Shown: positions 12,176 to 24,400, numbered from the stretch's first letter. The stretch is 64,000 bases of DNA from Mobula hypostoma (GCF_963921235.1 NC_086108.1:115136001-115200000); one strand, 5' to 3'. Notes: generated by a model from the letters alone, not told the origin. Made by a program: numbers and translations.

Positions 12176-13177
12176 ACGTTACCACAGAGTAGTTATTCAT
12201 GTAAACAGGTGAAGACTGCGTAGCTTTGTAAAAGGGAAACCATGTTTGCCCAATTTAACGGAGCTCTTCGGAAAAGGAACATATGCTGTGTGTGTACCAG
12301 ATGCATACTTCCAGGAGGCAACTGATATAAAGCAGCGTCAAAGGTCAATGCAAAAAATAAAAGCTTGCGGTGTAGGAGGTAGAATGTTGAATTGAACAAT
12401 GATTGGCTGGCTAACACGTAAAAGAGAGCACAGGATGTAATGACTGGTGTGGCACAGAGATCGACGTAGGGACCTGACTTTTACCATTCCTATAAATGAT
12501 TTGAAACAAAGACCAAAACATGGAGTGTTAGAGCACTGAACCAGGCACTTTGGCCCATCTAGTCCATACTAACCGGTATGTCTCTGGACTGTGGCAGGAA
12601 AGCAGAGCAGCCAGAGAAAACCCACATGGTCACATTGAGAACGTACAAACTACTTACAGACAGCAGTGGGATTGAACTTGGATCACTGAAACTGACCGCT
12701 ACAACTATTATGCTGCTTATCTATGCTACTGTGTGTACACTAGTGGGAGTTGTGTATAATTTATGTTAAATTAAGTTTATTTTAACTTATGTTTGTCACG
12801 CCGCTGCAAAAAGCTGATTTTCTTGGCATCAATACACTGTATGCGTGTGCTTGTAGCAATAAACTTGAACTTCACCAAAGTTTTATACAGTTAAAAACAG
12901 ACTTCCCAACTTTGAATTGATGAAGGACTGTAAGTGTGCCATATGCTTTCTTTACCACTCCACCCAATTGTGTTTCCATTTTCTGGGAATTATGGGCTTG
13001 TACCTCAACATCTGTTGATCGACACTCCTCAGGGTCCTGCCATTTACTTAATATATTTCCCTTGCATCTTTCCAAAATACACCACCTCACACTCTGGATT
13101 AAACTGCATTTGCCATTTCTTTGCCCAGATCTCCAAATGATCTCTATTCTTTGTCACTGTTCACAACTCCAGTAATT

Positions 13178-13762
13178 TCAAGATTCAAGATTGTTTGATG
13201 TTATTTCCAGCACACAGTGCAGAAGGAAGCATGCTAATTGTTACTCTGGATTTGATGTAGCACAAAAAAATTAAAAATCACAACGAATGCAAATACATTA
13301 AGACAGCTGAGATACATAGATGATTGTATTTCCTTAGTGAGGCTTGCCACAGGAGTGTCTGCACTTATGTTGATGCCTCTGACAGGAAAAGATAAAAGTA
13401 GGGGTGGTTGGGCATGTGGAGAGGTGTGTTAGTGGGTGGGAGTATTGATCAGCTTTGCTGCCTGGGGAAAGTACAGTTTCCCCCACCATCCAAAGGTACA
13501 GCGTTCCTATGAAACGGTTCATAAGCCGGAATGTCGTAAAGTGAAGAAGCAATTACAGGTGTCCCCTGCTTTTTTCACACGCTGCCTTTTTCGTAACAGT
13601 GAAAACACCGTCAGCGAAAACAGGTAACTAATGTAGGTCTTTCGTAAGAGCGAGGTTTGGTAAAGCGAACGTTGGAAAAGCGGGGGACACCTGTAACTGT
13701 TTTTGAGTCTGGTGGCCTTGGTGTGGATGCTGTGTAACCTCCTCCCTGATGGGAACGGGACA
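13178..13762 (-). mobile_element. Rex1-type LINE 3' end with (TCTTGAA)n tail, interrupted by a MITE
   Basis: Co-linear with 28405-28955 (minus), 26070-26440 (plus), and 50480-50564 plus 63322-63562 (plus). Confidence 0.8.
13474..13693. mobile_element. TA-flanked pogo/Tigger-like MITE with an extra internal TIR at 13556
   Basis: It interrupts GGGGAAAGTA/ACTGTTTTTGAG, which is intact near 28704. TA lies on both sides. The right end AAAAGCGGGGGACACCTG is the inverse of CAGGTGTCCCCTGCTTTT at 13556. Confidence 0.75.
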
Positions 13763-13764
13763 TG

Positions 13765-15757
13765 TGTAAATAAATATATATAAGGGCGGGGAGAGCCAGC
13801 CTTGGATAACTAAGGAAGTAAAAGAAGGCATCAAACGAAAAGCTCATGTGTACAAAGTCACCAAGAGTAGTGGGAAACTGGAAGATTGGAAAAATTTTAA
13901 AAAGCAACAAAGGACCACAAAGTGAGCAATAAAGAAAGGGAAGCTAGATTATGAAAATAAACTAGCACAAAATAAAAAACTGGATAGTAAAATTTTTTAT
14001 AATTATATAAAGCAGAAAAGGGTGGCTAAAGTGAATGCATGTCCCTTGGAGGACTAGAAGGGGGATTGATATTGGGTAATGAGGAAATGGCAGAGGCTTT
14101 GAATGACTATTTTGTATCGGTCTTCACGGTGAAAAGTTATGGAAGCGATGGGAGGTGTGGACCTGAATACAATAGCTATCACTAAAGAGATAGTACTGAG
14201 CAAACTTGTGGGCCTGAAGATAGATAAGTCCCCTGGTCCTCATGGAATGCATCTCAGGGTACTGAAAGAAATGGCAGAGGTTATAGTTGAGGCTTTGGTG
14301 AAAATTTATCAAAATTGAATAAGACAAATATCACGCCACTATTCGAAAAAGAACGTAAGTAAAAGGCAGGTAACTATAGGCCAGTTAGCTTAACACCTGT
14401 AGTTGGGAAAATGCTTGAAGCTATCATTAGACAAGAAATAGCAAGGCATCTGGAAAGAAATGGATCCATCAAGCAGATGCAGCATGGATTCAGCAAAGGC
14501 AGGTCCTGTCCGACAAACTTACTGGAGTTCTTTGAGGATATAGTAAGTGCAGTGGATAGAGGGGAACAGATGGAAGTTATTCACTTGGATTTCCAGAAGA
14601 CGATCGATAAGGTGCTGCATAAAGGACTTATCCATAAGATAAGGATGCATAGAGTTGAGGATGATGTATTAGCATGGATAGAGGATTGGTTAACTAATAG
14701 AAAGCAGAGTTGGGATACATGGGTGTTACTCTGGTAAGCAACCAGTGGTGAGTGGTGTGCCATAGGGGTCGGTGCTGGGCCCATAACTGTTCACAATATA
14801 TATTAACGATCTGGAAGAGGGGACAGAGTGTAGTGTATCTAAGTTTGCTGATGACTCCAAAATGAGTGGAAAAGCAAATTGTGCAGAGGATATGGAGAGT
14901 TTGCAGAGATATAGATAGGTTAATTGAGTGGGCAAGGGTCTGACAGATGGAGTACAGTGTTGGTAAATGCGAGGTCATCCATTTTGGAAGGAAAAATAAA
15001 ACAGCAGGTTATTATTTAAATGATAAAATGCTGCTGTGCAGGACAGGAGTGCTTGTGCATGAATCACAAAAGGTTGGTTTGCAGGTGCAGCAGGCTATCA
15101 AAAAGGCAAATGGAATGTTGGCCTTCATTGCTAGAGGGAATAAGGTTATGCTGGAACTCCTAGGGTACTGGTGAGGCCACACCTGGAGTACTGCGTGCCG
15201 TTCTGGTGACACTGAACGATGACCAGTTCTGGTCTCCTTACTTGAGGAAGGACAGACTGGCTTTGGAGGCAGTACAGAGGAGGTTGATTCCAGAGATGAG
15301 GGGGTTAGACTATGAGGAGAGATTGAGTTGCCTGAGACTGTACTCGCTGGAATTCAGAAGAATGAGAGGAGATCTTATAGAAACACATAAAATTATGAAA
15401 GGGGTAGATAAGATAGAGGCAGGAAAGTTGATTCCACTGGTAGATGAGACTGGAGCTAGGGAACATACCCTCAAGATTCGGGGGTGTAGATTTAGGACAG
15501 AGATGAAGGGGAACTGCTTTTCCCAGAGTGGTGAATCTGTGGAATTCTCTGCTCAATGAAGCAGTGGAGGTTACCTCAGTAAATATATTTAAGAAAGGTT
15601 GGATAGATTTTTGCATAGTAGGGGAATTAAGGGTTATGGAGAAAAGGCAGGTAGGCGGGAGATGAATCCATGGTTAGATCAGCCATGATCTTATTGAATG
15701 GCAGAGCAGGCTTGACAGGCCAGATGACCAACTCCTGCTCCTATTTCTTAAGTTCTT
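13765..15757 (+). mobile_element. Decayed CR1 LINE ORF2 (RT and 3' end)
   Basis: QHGFSKGRSCPTNLLEFFE, KFADDSK and SLEFRRMRGDLIETHKIM, with multiple stops and frameshifts. Confidence 0.92.
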
Positions 15758-16048
15758 AAAAAGAGTTTCCAGCTGAGACCCTTTATCAGGAAGGGCCTCT
15801 CGTTTCTCCACCATTTGAGGTGTGTGTGTGCGTTGCTTTGGATTTCCAGCATCTGCAAGATTTTCTCATGTTTGTTTGTCTTTGTTTATGCATAGTTTTT
15901 CATAAATTCTATTACATTTCTCAATTTTTCCTGTAAATCCCTGTAAGAAAGTGAATCTAAAGATAGCATATGGTGACAGTTATGTACTTTCAACAGTCTC
16001 CCTAAAGTTCAACGTGTAGAGTTTTAATGGTGTTTGTTAAGACCTTAC

Positions 16049-16213
16049 CAGCCGGCCTTTGTCCGGCAAGACTCGAACCGATTCTGCTCCAAAATACTTC
16101 AGCAGATCCACCTTCTCAGTGCAGGTCAGCTCGGACGGGAGATGTCTGACCAGGATGGTCTGGCTGCTTTTGATGGGAGGGGAGGTGTTCTCGCCAGAGC
16201 CGGGACCAGCCAT
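16049..16213 (-). CDS. RNPC3: RNPC3 coding exon 1 (55 codons): MAGPGSGENTSPPIKSSQTILVRHLPSELTCTEKVDLLKYFGAESVRVLPDKGRL
   Basis: ATG in aatcATGg context, donor CTG|gtaagg. Matches RNPC3 RRM1 (TLLVRHLPAELT...DLLKYFGAQSVRVL.DKGRL). An acceptor cccag lies 4 nt upstream of the ATG (exon start 16217). Confidence 0.96.
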
Positions 16214-16279
16214 GATTCTGGGTGACCAACACATAGTGCATGTAAGCATTCGGGAACAGGACTCGGAGAAAGTGGGAAG

Positions 16280-17130
16280 GGCGAGGGAGTGAGGAGATAG
16301 CTGGGGTGGGGGAGGGGAGTGGTGAGGAGGGGATGGTCGGGAGCGGTGGGGAGGGGAAAGCAGGGCCAGAGGAGGGGAGCAGAAGCAGCAAAGGAAGGAG
16401 AAGGAGGGAACAGGTAGTAGATGCTGGTACGATGGGGAGGGGCAAGGGACGGAGATAAGGGAACAGTCAGGGCGATGACGGGGGAGTTGGATGACGGGGG
16501 AGGGGGGATGATGGGGAGAGGGATGATGGGGGAGGGTGATGATTGGGAGGAGGAGGATAATGGGGAGAGTGGGGCTGATGGGGAGGGGGGATGATGGGGG
16601 AGGGTGATGATGGGGAGGAGGATGATAGGGAGGAGGATGATGGAGAGGAGGATAATGGGGAGAGTGGAGATGATGGGGGAGTGGGGATGATGGGGAGGGG
16701 GATGATGGGGGAGAGGGATGATGGGGAGGGAGATGATGGGGAGGAGGATAATGGGGAGAGTGGAGATGACAGGGGAGTAGGGATGATGGGGAGGGGGATG
16801 ATGGGGGAGAGGGATGATGGGGGAGGGAGATGATGGGGAGGAGGATAATGGGGAGAGTGGAGATGACGGGGGAGGGGGATGATGGGGGAGAGGGATGATG
16901 GGGGAGGGGGGATGATGGGGGAGAGGGATGATGGGGAGAGGGATGATGGGGAGAGGGATGATGGGGAGGAGGATAATGGGGAGAGTGGAGATGATGGGGA
17001 GAGTGGAGATGATGGGGGAGTGGGGATGATGGGGAGGGGATGAAGGGGGAAGGAGATGATGGGGGAGGGGGTGATGATGGGATAGGAAGGTTGATTGTGG
17101 AGGGGCGAGATTGGGGATTGGGGGATATAA
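16280..17130. repeat. Purine-rich low-complexity tandem tract (GATGATGGGG/GGAGAG motifs)
   Basis: Directly visible. It produces the spurious Pro/Ser-rich and Gly/Asp-rich ORFs. Confidence 0.9.
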
Positions 17131-17220
17131 AGCACCTCCTCAGCCCAAGACCGATTCAATCGCTCCCCATTACCGCCGCTCTCTTTCCCCCTCCCTACTC
17201 TCACGAACTACTTCACCCCC

Positions 17221-17740
17221 CTCACACTCACCGGAAGCCGCTCCGCGAAGCTCTACAACCACTTACTCGCAAACCTCGTGCCTTCCAGTGACGCGACTGA
17301 GCCGGCAACCAATGAGCGTGCGATAACCTCAGGCCCCCCCCCCCCAGCTCCGGAGCTGAATGACAGCGGCAGCAGTGGGCCCGCCTTCCCGTGCAGCAGT
17401 GAGCGACAGGGAGCGATGAACACATGACGCAGAGCGGGCGCTCGCCCCGCCTCCCCGGGCGCTGTGAGTGACAGCAGTTGACCCCGCCTCCCCGGGCGCT
17501 GTGAGTGACAGCAGTTGACCCCGCCTCCCCGGGCGGTGAGTGACAGCAGTTGACCCCGCCTCCCCGGGCGGTGAGTGACAGCAGTTGACCCCGCCTCCCC
17601 GGGCGGTGAGTGACAGCCGCCAGCCCATGTTTCGGAGCGGTGGCTGCTGGCTGGCGTTAACTTCGCGGGTTCCGGCGGAGCCTCACTTGCAGTGGTGGGT
17701 GCAGTAACTTCTCGTAGTGATAAAACAGACGGATGCCCCG
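17221..17740 (-). promoter_or_regulatory. RNPC3: CpG-island promoter and probable non-coding first exon of RNPC3
   Basis: High CpG density, ETS motif CCGGAAG (17231-17237), CCAAT (17309-17313) and GC boxes. Minus-strand donors CCG|GTGAGT (intron starts 17231) and CGA|GTAAGT (intron starts 17266). Confidence 0.75.
17445..17617. repeat. 35-37 bp tandem repeat, ~4.8 copies, CCCCGCCTCCCCGGGCG(CT)GTGAGTGACAGCAGTTGA
   Basis: Units start at 17445, 17482, 17519, 17554 and 17589. Confidence 0.95.
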
Positions 17741-18129
17741 TGGGGGTTTGCAAACATTCCACTAGTTACAGCAAAACGCTACAGATGCTGCAGAAGTGAC
17801 ACAGATATTCTGATGAAAAGTTGAGATCGCACTGAATTACAGGAAGGGTGTGGGGGTTTTGGAGAGGATGCAAATGAGGCTCACCAAGATGTTGCCTGGA
17901 TTACAGAGTATGAGCTATAAAAACTTGAAGAAATGGGTTGTTTTAAGAGAGACTCTTAGATAGGTACTTGGAGCTTAGAAAAATAGAGGGCTCTGCAGTG
18001 GGGTAATTCTAGGCATGGTCTGCACAACATTGTGCTGAAGATTTATGTTGTCTATGTTTTATGTTTTCTCTGGAGCGGCCGAGGGTGTGAGACAACCTGA
18101 CAGAGGTCTATAAGTTGAGAAGCTGTAAA

Positions 18130-18460
18130 CTCAGCCTGATCTGCGGTGGGCTCTAGCCTCCCTACCATTAAGGACATCTTCAAAGGGTGATGCATCAGGA
18201 AGGCAGCATCCATCATTAGGCATGGCCTGGATGGTGAGGTAGCCCCCATAGTGAGGTAAAGATCGTCCCCACCCAGGACATGCCCTCTTCTCATTACTAT
18301 CATCAAGGAGGAGGACCAGGAGCCTAAAGATCCACACTCAATAATTTAGGAACAGCTTCTTCCTCTCCACCATTAGAATTCTGAACATTCTCATGAATTG
18401 CATTCCATTTCTGCTAAGTTAACAAATTTCACGACACATAATAAACCTGATTCAGATTTT
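18130..18460 (+). mobile_element. Rex1-type LINE 3' fragment
   Basis: CACCCAGGACATGCCCTCTTCTCATTACTA...AGGAACAGCTTCTTCC and an AATAAACCTGATTC tail. Confidence 0.7.
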
Positions 18461-19089
18461 TATTTATTATATACTCTTATTGTAATTTATATGTATTTTA
18501 ATGTATTGCACTGTATTGATGCCAAAAACCAACAAGTTTAAAAGTTCAAAGTACATTTATTATAAAAGTATCTATACTACATACAACCTTGAGATTTGTA
18601 TCCTTATAGGCAGCCACAAAACAAAGAAACCCAAAAGAGCCCATTAAGAAAAGAAAACCATTAAACTTTTACCCAATGTGTAGAAAAAAACAATTTGTGC
18701 AAACAATGAAAGTAAGCAAATGACACTGAGAGCTGTAGTTTTGGAAGTGATTCCACATCCATGAACCCAGTCACAACGGATCTAGGCTACAGCCTCGGAT
18801 CAGTGCAGAGACAAGTTAGCGTTGGGGGCAGTGAGCTGAACACCAGCCCATCCCTCTCTACTGGCCCGGACACCCTGACCCTTTCAATCCGACATGGTAC
18901 TTAAAAACCTGATTCAGAATTCCTGGAATTTTCCCATTCAAGGGAGGGGTCACCAAGTGGGAAAGAGCTGCTGATTTGTAAAATATTCACCAGCATACAG
19001 TGCAGAAACAGGCCTTGTGGCCCACATCGACCATGATTTGTATCTAAGCTAGTCCTATTTGCCTGAGTATGGCCCTTATCTCTCTAATG

Positions 19090-19168
19090 TAGGGGTTCCC
19101 AACCTTTTTTATGCCATGCATCCCTATCATTAACAGAGGAGTCCATGGACCCCAGTCTGGGAACCCTG
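19090..19168. mobile_element. hAT/Charlie-like MITE (~80 bp)
   Basis: TAGGGGTTCCCAACC...GGGAACCCTG termini. A second copy lies in opposite orientation at 25384-25462. Confidence 0.7.
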
Positions 19169-19230
19169 CCTTTCCTCTCCTTGTACCTGTCCAGATGTCT
19201 TTTAAATGTTGTTAATGTACCTGCCTGAAC

Positions 19231-19819
19231 TGTGTCATGGGAGGTCGCAGGCCCAGCTGTGAGAGGAGGAGGGTTGGGCATGGGGCGAGCAACCTCATCG
19301 ATAAAAAACCCAGAGCTACAGAAACACCAATGCGAGATCGAAAGACTCATCCCTGGGAAAGGAAAGATCTGTGAAGATTGGCCGCACTCGGGGACAACGT
19401 GAAAGACTGGCTCAAGACAGAGCACTCTGGCGAGCAGCTGTCAGTGGCCTGTGCTCCCGTAGGGGTGATCGGCTCCCGTAAGGGTCATGTGCTCCCGTAG
19501 GGATGATCGGCTCCCGTAGGGGTGATCAGCTCCCGTAAGGGTGATGTGCTCCCGTAGGGGTGATTGGCTCCCGTAAGGGTCATGTGCTCCCGTAGGGGTG
19601 ATTGGCTCCTGTAAGGGTCATGTGCTCCCGTAGGGGTGATTGGCTCCCGTAGGGGTGATCGGCTCCTGTAAGGGTCATGTGCTCCCGTAGGGGTGATGTG
19701 CTCCCGTAGGGGTGATCGGCTCCCGTAAGGGTCATGTGCTCCCGTAGGGGTGATCGGCTCCTGTAGGGCTGCTGTCAGTGGCCTGTGCTTCCATAGGGGT
19801 GATGGGCTTAAGAAGAAGA
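19231..19819 (+). mobile_element. Non-autonomous RTE-derived element with an internally amplified 19-bp repeat and (AAG)n tail, inserted in a CR1 relic
   Basis: 5' GGGTTGGGCATGGGGCGAGCAACC; the 3' part translates LAQDRALWRAAVSGLCS; AAGAAGAAG tail. Imperfect flanking duplication TACCTGCCTGAAC / TACCTGACTCAAAC. Confidence 0.65.
19451..19766. repeat. 19-bp minisatellite GCTCCCGTA(G/A)GGGT(G/C)AT(CG/GT), about 16 copies
   Basis: Tandem units are directly visible. Confidence 0.95.
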
Positions 19820-21254
19820 TACCTGACTCAAACACTTCCTCAGGCAGCTTGTTTCATATACTGACTACCCTCTGAATAAAAACGTTGCACCTCAGGTTCC
19901 TATTAAATCTCTTCCCTCTCACCGTAAACACATGTGCAGTGACAGGAAAGTAAAGCTGAAACCTTACATTGCTGAGTGATAATAGAACTGATTCAGAGAG
20001 AGGGAGAGTAAATTCTGTTTCTGGGGTGGAAATGTCAGGTGCTAAAGGGTAGAGGATTATGTTGAGGGAGGAGTCTAAGAGCAAGAAGATTTTTCTAAAC
20101 ACAGACAGTAGTGGGTGACTGGAACGTGCTGGGAGACGGTGGAAGCAGATACGATAGTGGAGTTTAAAGGCATTTAGACAGGCGCATGAATGTGTGGGAA
20201 CGGAGGCATGTGGATCACACGCAGGCAGATGGGATTAATTTAAATTGGCGTCAAGTTTTACAGACGCGTCACTGGCCATAGGGCCTGTTCCTGTGCTGAG
20301 ATTTCCATGTTTTGCTGAAGTACAGCTAAATGAGGCCCAGTTTATTATTTCTAAACTTTGCCCATCACTGCAGTTTAACCAATCAGTCTGGATTTACAGT
20401 GTTTACTTGTACACACTTTAACATTACAAATAACATTGAAGAGAAGTTTGAATAGGTACATGGATGGGAGGGGTTTGGAGGGTTATGGTCTGTGTGCGGG
20501 TCAATGGCAGTGAGCAGAATAATAGTTTGGCACAGACTAGATGGGCTGAAGGGCATGTCTGTGTGCTGTAGAGACTAATTTTCCATGACCCTTTCGATAT
20601 TTGGGAGATTTTGGCGAGAGTCTCAGGATTTCCTTCCTTTACTGAGAAGCTAAGAGAGAAGATTACAGAACAGTACAGTGTGAGAAAACATTACAGCACA
20701 GTACAGTATGATGCTGTGCTGACCTTTCCACAAACTCCAAGATCATTCCAACCCTTCCCTCCCACATAGCCCTCCATTTTCCGATCATTCATGTGCCAAT
20801 CTAAAAGTTTTTGAATGTCTTTAATGTATCTGCCATCACCCCTGGCAGTGTTTCACACACCCACCACTCTGTGTAAAAAAAATCCTCTGACACCACCCCA
20901 CTCCCATTCTTTCCTCCAACCTCCTTAAAATTATGTCACCCACATTAGCCATTTCTACCCTGAGCTGTCCACTGGAACTATGCCTCTTATCATTTCACAC
21001 ACCTTTCTCAAGTCACCTCTCATCCTTCATACTCTCCAAAGAAAAAAGCCCTCGCTCTCTCAAACTATCCTCCGGGATAATTTGGGAAGTGACCCAGGAA
21101 ACCTCCTATCCTGGCCAGTAATTCAACTACTTTTGTATGGTTTCGCTATCAGACTTTAACCCACTCAGAATCTGTGTCACCTTCCTCACCGAGACTCTGG
21201 CAGCTTGTAGCCCGGTGCCATCGGTAAGGGGTTTGTCCCTCATCCCTGTGAGCA

Positions 21255-21430
21255 GATGGGTGCTCTGGTTTCCTCCCACAGTCCAAAGACATAGCAGTTA
21301 GTAGGTTAATTGGTCATTGTAAATTGTCCTGTGATTAGGGTGGGATTAAATTGGTGTGTTGCTGGCGGTGCAGCTTGTAGAGCTGGGAGGGTCTGTTCCA
21401 CACTGTATCTCGAAATAAATAAAATAAAAT
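21255..21430 (+). mobile_element. V-SINE/HE1-like SINE 3' part
   Basis: GGTTTCCTCCCACAGTCCAAAGAC...GTAGGTTAATTGGTCATTGTAAATTGTCC...(AAATA)n tail. Confidence 0.75.
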
Positions 21431-21479
21431 CATCTCCGTTACTGAAGTAAAGTTCTCCATCAGACCAAAAAGGCTGCGA

Positions 21480-24400
21480 GTGAACGGCTGATTTTCAGAG
21501 CCAAGGCAGTTTTTACCACTTGGGGTAAAAGAGAGGTGAGACTGAGCAGGCGCGTGACATCAGCCAGTAGAGCGCGAAAGGTTTAAAAAGAAGACTGCCA
21601 TATCCAGCAGGCAGCGTTCAGAGTGGGCAGCAGAGTGATAGGGCTTTGGCTCAATGGGCTTAGGTGGTAACAGGACGAGGGGAGGTAGGTTTACCTGTGT
21701 TATTTGCAGAAAGGAGGAGGTATGTGTGTGAGCTCAGTTTTCTGTGCTTGGTGTCAGGTGTGGGAGGTCCTGGAGTCTCCCAGTCTCCCGGACGGCCTTA
21801 TCTGCACCAGGTGTGTCTAGCTGCAGCTCCTGGAGATGCAGCTCAATGACCTTCGCCTGGTCAGGGAGAGCGAGGAGTTGATAGAAAGGAGTTATAGGCA
21901 GGCTGTCACACCGAGGCCACAGGAGACGGACAAGTGGGTCACAGTCAGGAGGGGGAAGGGGAAGAGTCAGGTACTAGAGAGTACCCCTGTGGCTGTACCC
22001 CTTGACAATAAGTACTCCTGTTTGAGTACTGCTGGGGGGGAGAGGGGAACAGCCTACTTGGGGGAAGCGACAGTGGCCGTGCCTCTGGCACAGAGTCTGG
22101 CCCTGTGGCTCAGAAGGGTAGGGAAAGGAAGAGGAAGCCGGTAGTGATAGGGGACTCTATAGTTAGGGGGTCAGACAGGCAATTCTGTGGACGCAGGAAA
22201 GAAACTCGGGTGGTAGTTTGCCTCCCAGGTGCCAGGGTCCGGGATGTTTCAGATTGCGTCCAAGATATCCTGCAGTGGGAGGGAGAACAGCCAGGGGTCA
22301 TGGTACATATTGGTACCAATGACATAGGTAGGAAAAGGGAAGAGGCCCTGAGAAAAGAGTACAGGGAGTTAGGAAGGAAGTTGAGAAGCAGGACCACAAA
22401 GGTAGTAATCTCCAGATTACTGCCTAGTGCCACGCAACAGTGAATGTAGGAATAGAATGAGGGAGGATAAATGCGTGGCTGAGGGATTGGAGCAGGGAGC
22501 TGAGATTGGATCATTGGGACCTCTTCTGGGGCAGGTGTGACCTGTACAAAAAGGACGGGTTGACCTTGAATCTGAGGGGTACCAATATCCTGGCGGGGAG
22601 GTTTGCTAAGGCTATTGGGGAGAGTTTAAACGAGAATTGTTGGTGGGTGGGAACTGAACTGAAGAGACTGAGGAAGAGGAGGTTGGCTCACAAATAGGGA
22701 AAGCCTGTAGACAGTGCGAGAGGGAGGATAGGCAGTGATAGAGAAGGGATGTGCTCAGACCGAAGGTTTGAGATGTGTCTATTTTAATGCAACGAGTGTT
22801 GTGAACAAAGCAGATGAGCTTAGAGTGTGGATCAGTACTTGGAGATATGATGTGGTGGCCATGGCTCAGGGACAGGAATGGTTACTTCAAGTGCTGGGTT
22901 TTAGATGTTTCAGAAAGGACAGGGAGAGAGGCAAAAGAGGTGGGGGCGTGGCACTATTAATCCGAGATAGTGTCATGGCTTCAGAAAAGGTGGATGCCAT
23001 GGAGGGATTGTCTACGGAGTCTTTGTGGGTGGAGATTAGGAACAGGTAGGGGACAATAACTTTACTGTGTGTTTTTTATAGGCTGCTCAATAGTAACAGG
23101 GATATCGAGGAGCAGATAGGGAAACAGATCCTGGAAGGGTGTAATAATAACAGGGTTGTCATGATGGGAGATTTTAATTTCCCAAATATCGATTGGCATC
23201 TCCCTAGAGCAAGGGGTTTAGATGGGGTGGAATTTGTTAGGTGTGTTCAGGAAGGTTTCTTGACACAATATGTAGATAAGCCTTCAAGAAGGAAATTAGG
23301 AGAGCCAGAAGGGGCCATGAGAAGGCCTTGGCGGGCAGGATTAAGGAAAACCTCAAGGCATTCTACAAGTATGTGCAGAGCAAGAGGACAAGGCATGAAA
23401 GAATAGGACCTATCAAGTGTGAAAGTGGGAAAGTATGTATGGAACCGGAGGAAATAGCAGAGGTACTTAATGAATACTTAACTTCAGTATTCACTATGGA
23501 AAAGGATCTTGGTGATGGTAGTGATGACTTGCAGCAGACTGAAAATCTTGAGCATGTAGATATTAAGAAAGAGGACGTGCTGGAGCTTTTAGAAAGTATC
23601 AAGTTGGATAAATTGCTGGGACTGGATGAGATGTACCCCAGGCTACTGTGGGAGGCGAGGGAGGAGATTGCTGAGCCTCTGGCGATGATCTTTGCATCAT
23701 CAATGGGGACAGGTGGGGTTCCGGAGGATTGGAGGATTGCGGATGTTGTTCCTTTATTCAAGAAAGGGAGTAGAGCTAGCCCAGGAAATTATAGACCAGT
23801 ATGTCTTACCTCAGTAGTTGGTAAATTGATGGAGAAGATCCTGAAAGGCAGGATTTATGAACGTATGGAGAGATATAATGTGATTAGGAATAATCAGCCT
23901 GGCTTTGTCAAAGGCAGGTCATGCCTTACTAGCCTGACTGAATTTTTTGAGGATGTGACTAAACACATTGATGAAGGAAGAGCAGTAGATGTAGTGTATA
24001 TGGATTTCAGCAAGGCATTTGATAAGGTACCCCATGCCAGGCTTATTGAGAAAGTAAGGAGGTATGGGATCCAAGGGGACATTGCTTTGTGGATCCAGAA
24101 CTGGCTTGCCCACAGAAGGCAAAGAGTGGTTGTAGACTGGACATATTCTGCATGGAGGTCGGTCACCAGTGGAGTGCCTCAGGGATCTGTTCTGGGACCC
24201 TTACTCTTCATGATTTTTATAATGACCTGGATGAGGAAGTGGAGGGATGGGTTAGTACGTTTGCTGATGACACAAAGGTTGGAGGTGTTGTGGATAGTGT
24301 GGAGGGCTGTCAGAGGTTACAGCGGGACATTGATAGGATGCAAAAATAGGCTAAGAAGTGGCAGATGGAGTTCAACCCAGATAAGTGTGAAGTGGTTCAT

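Noticed and set aside
16467..17204. 245-aa Pro/Ser-rich ORF
   Set aside because: It is a translation of a low-complexity tract lying in the probable first intron of RNPC3.
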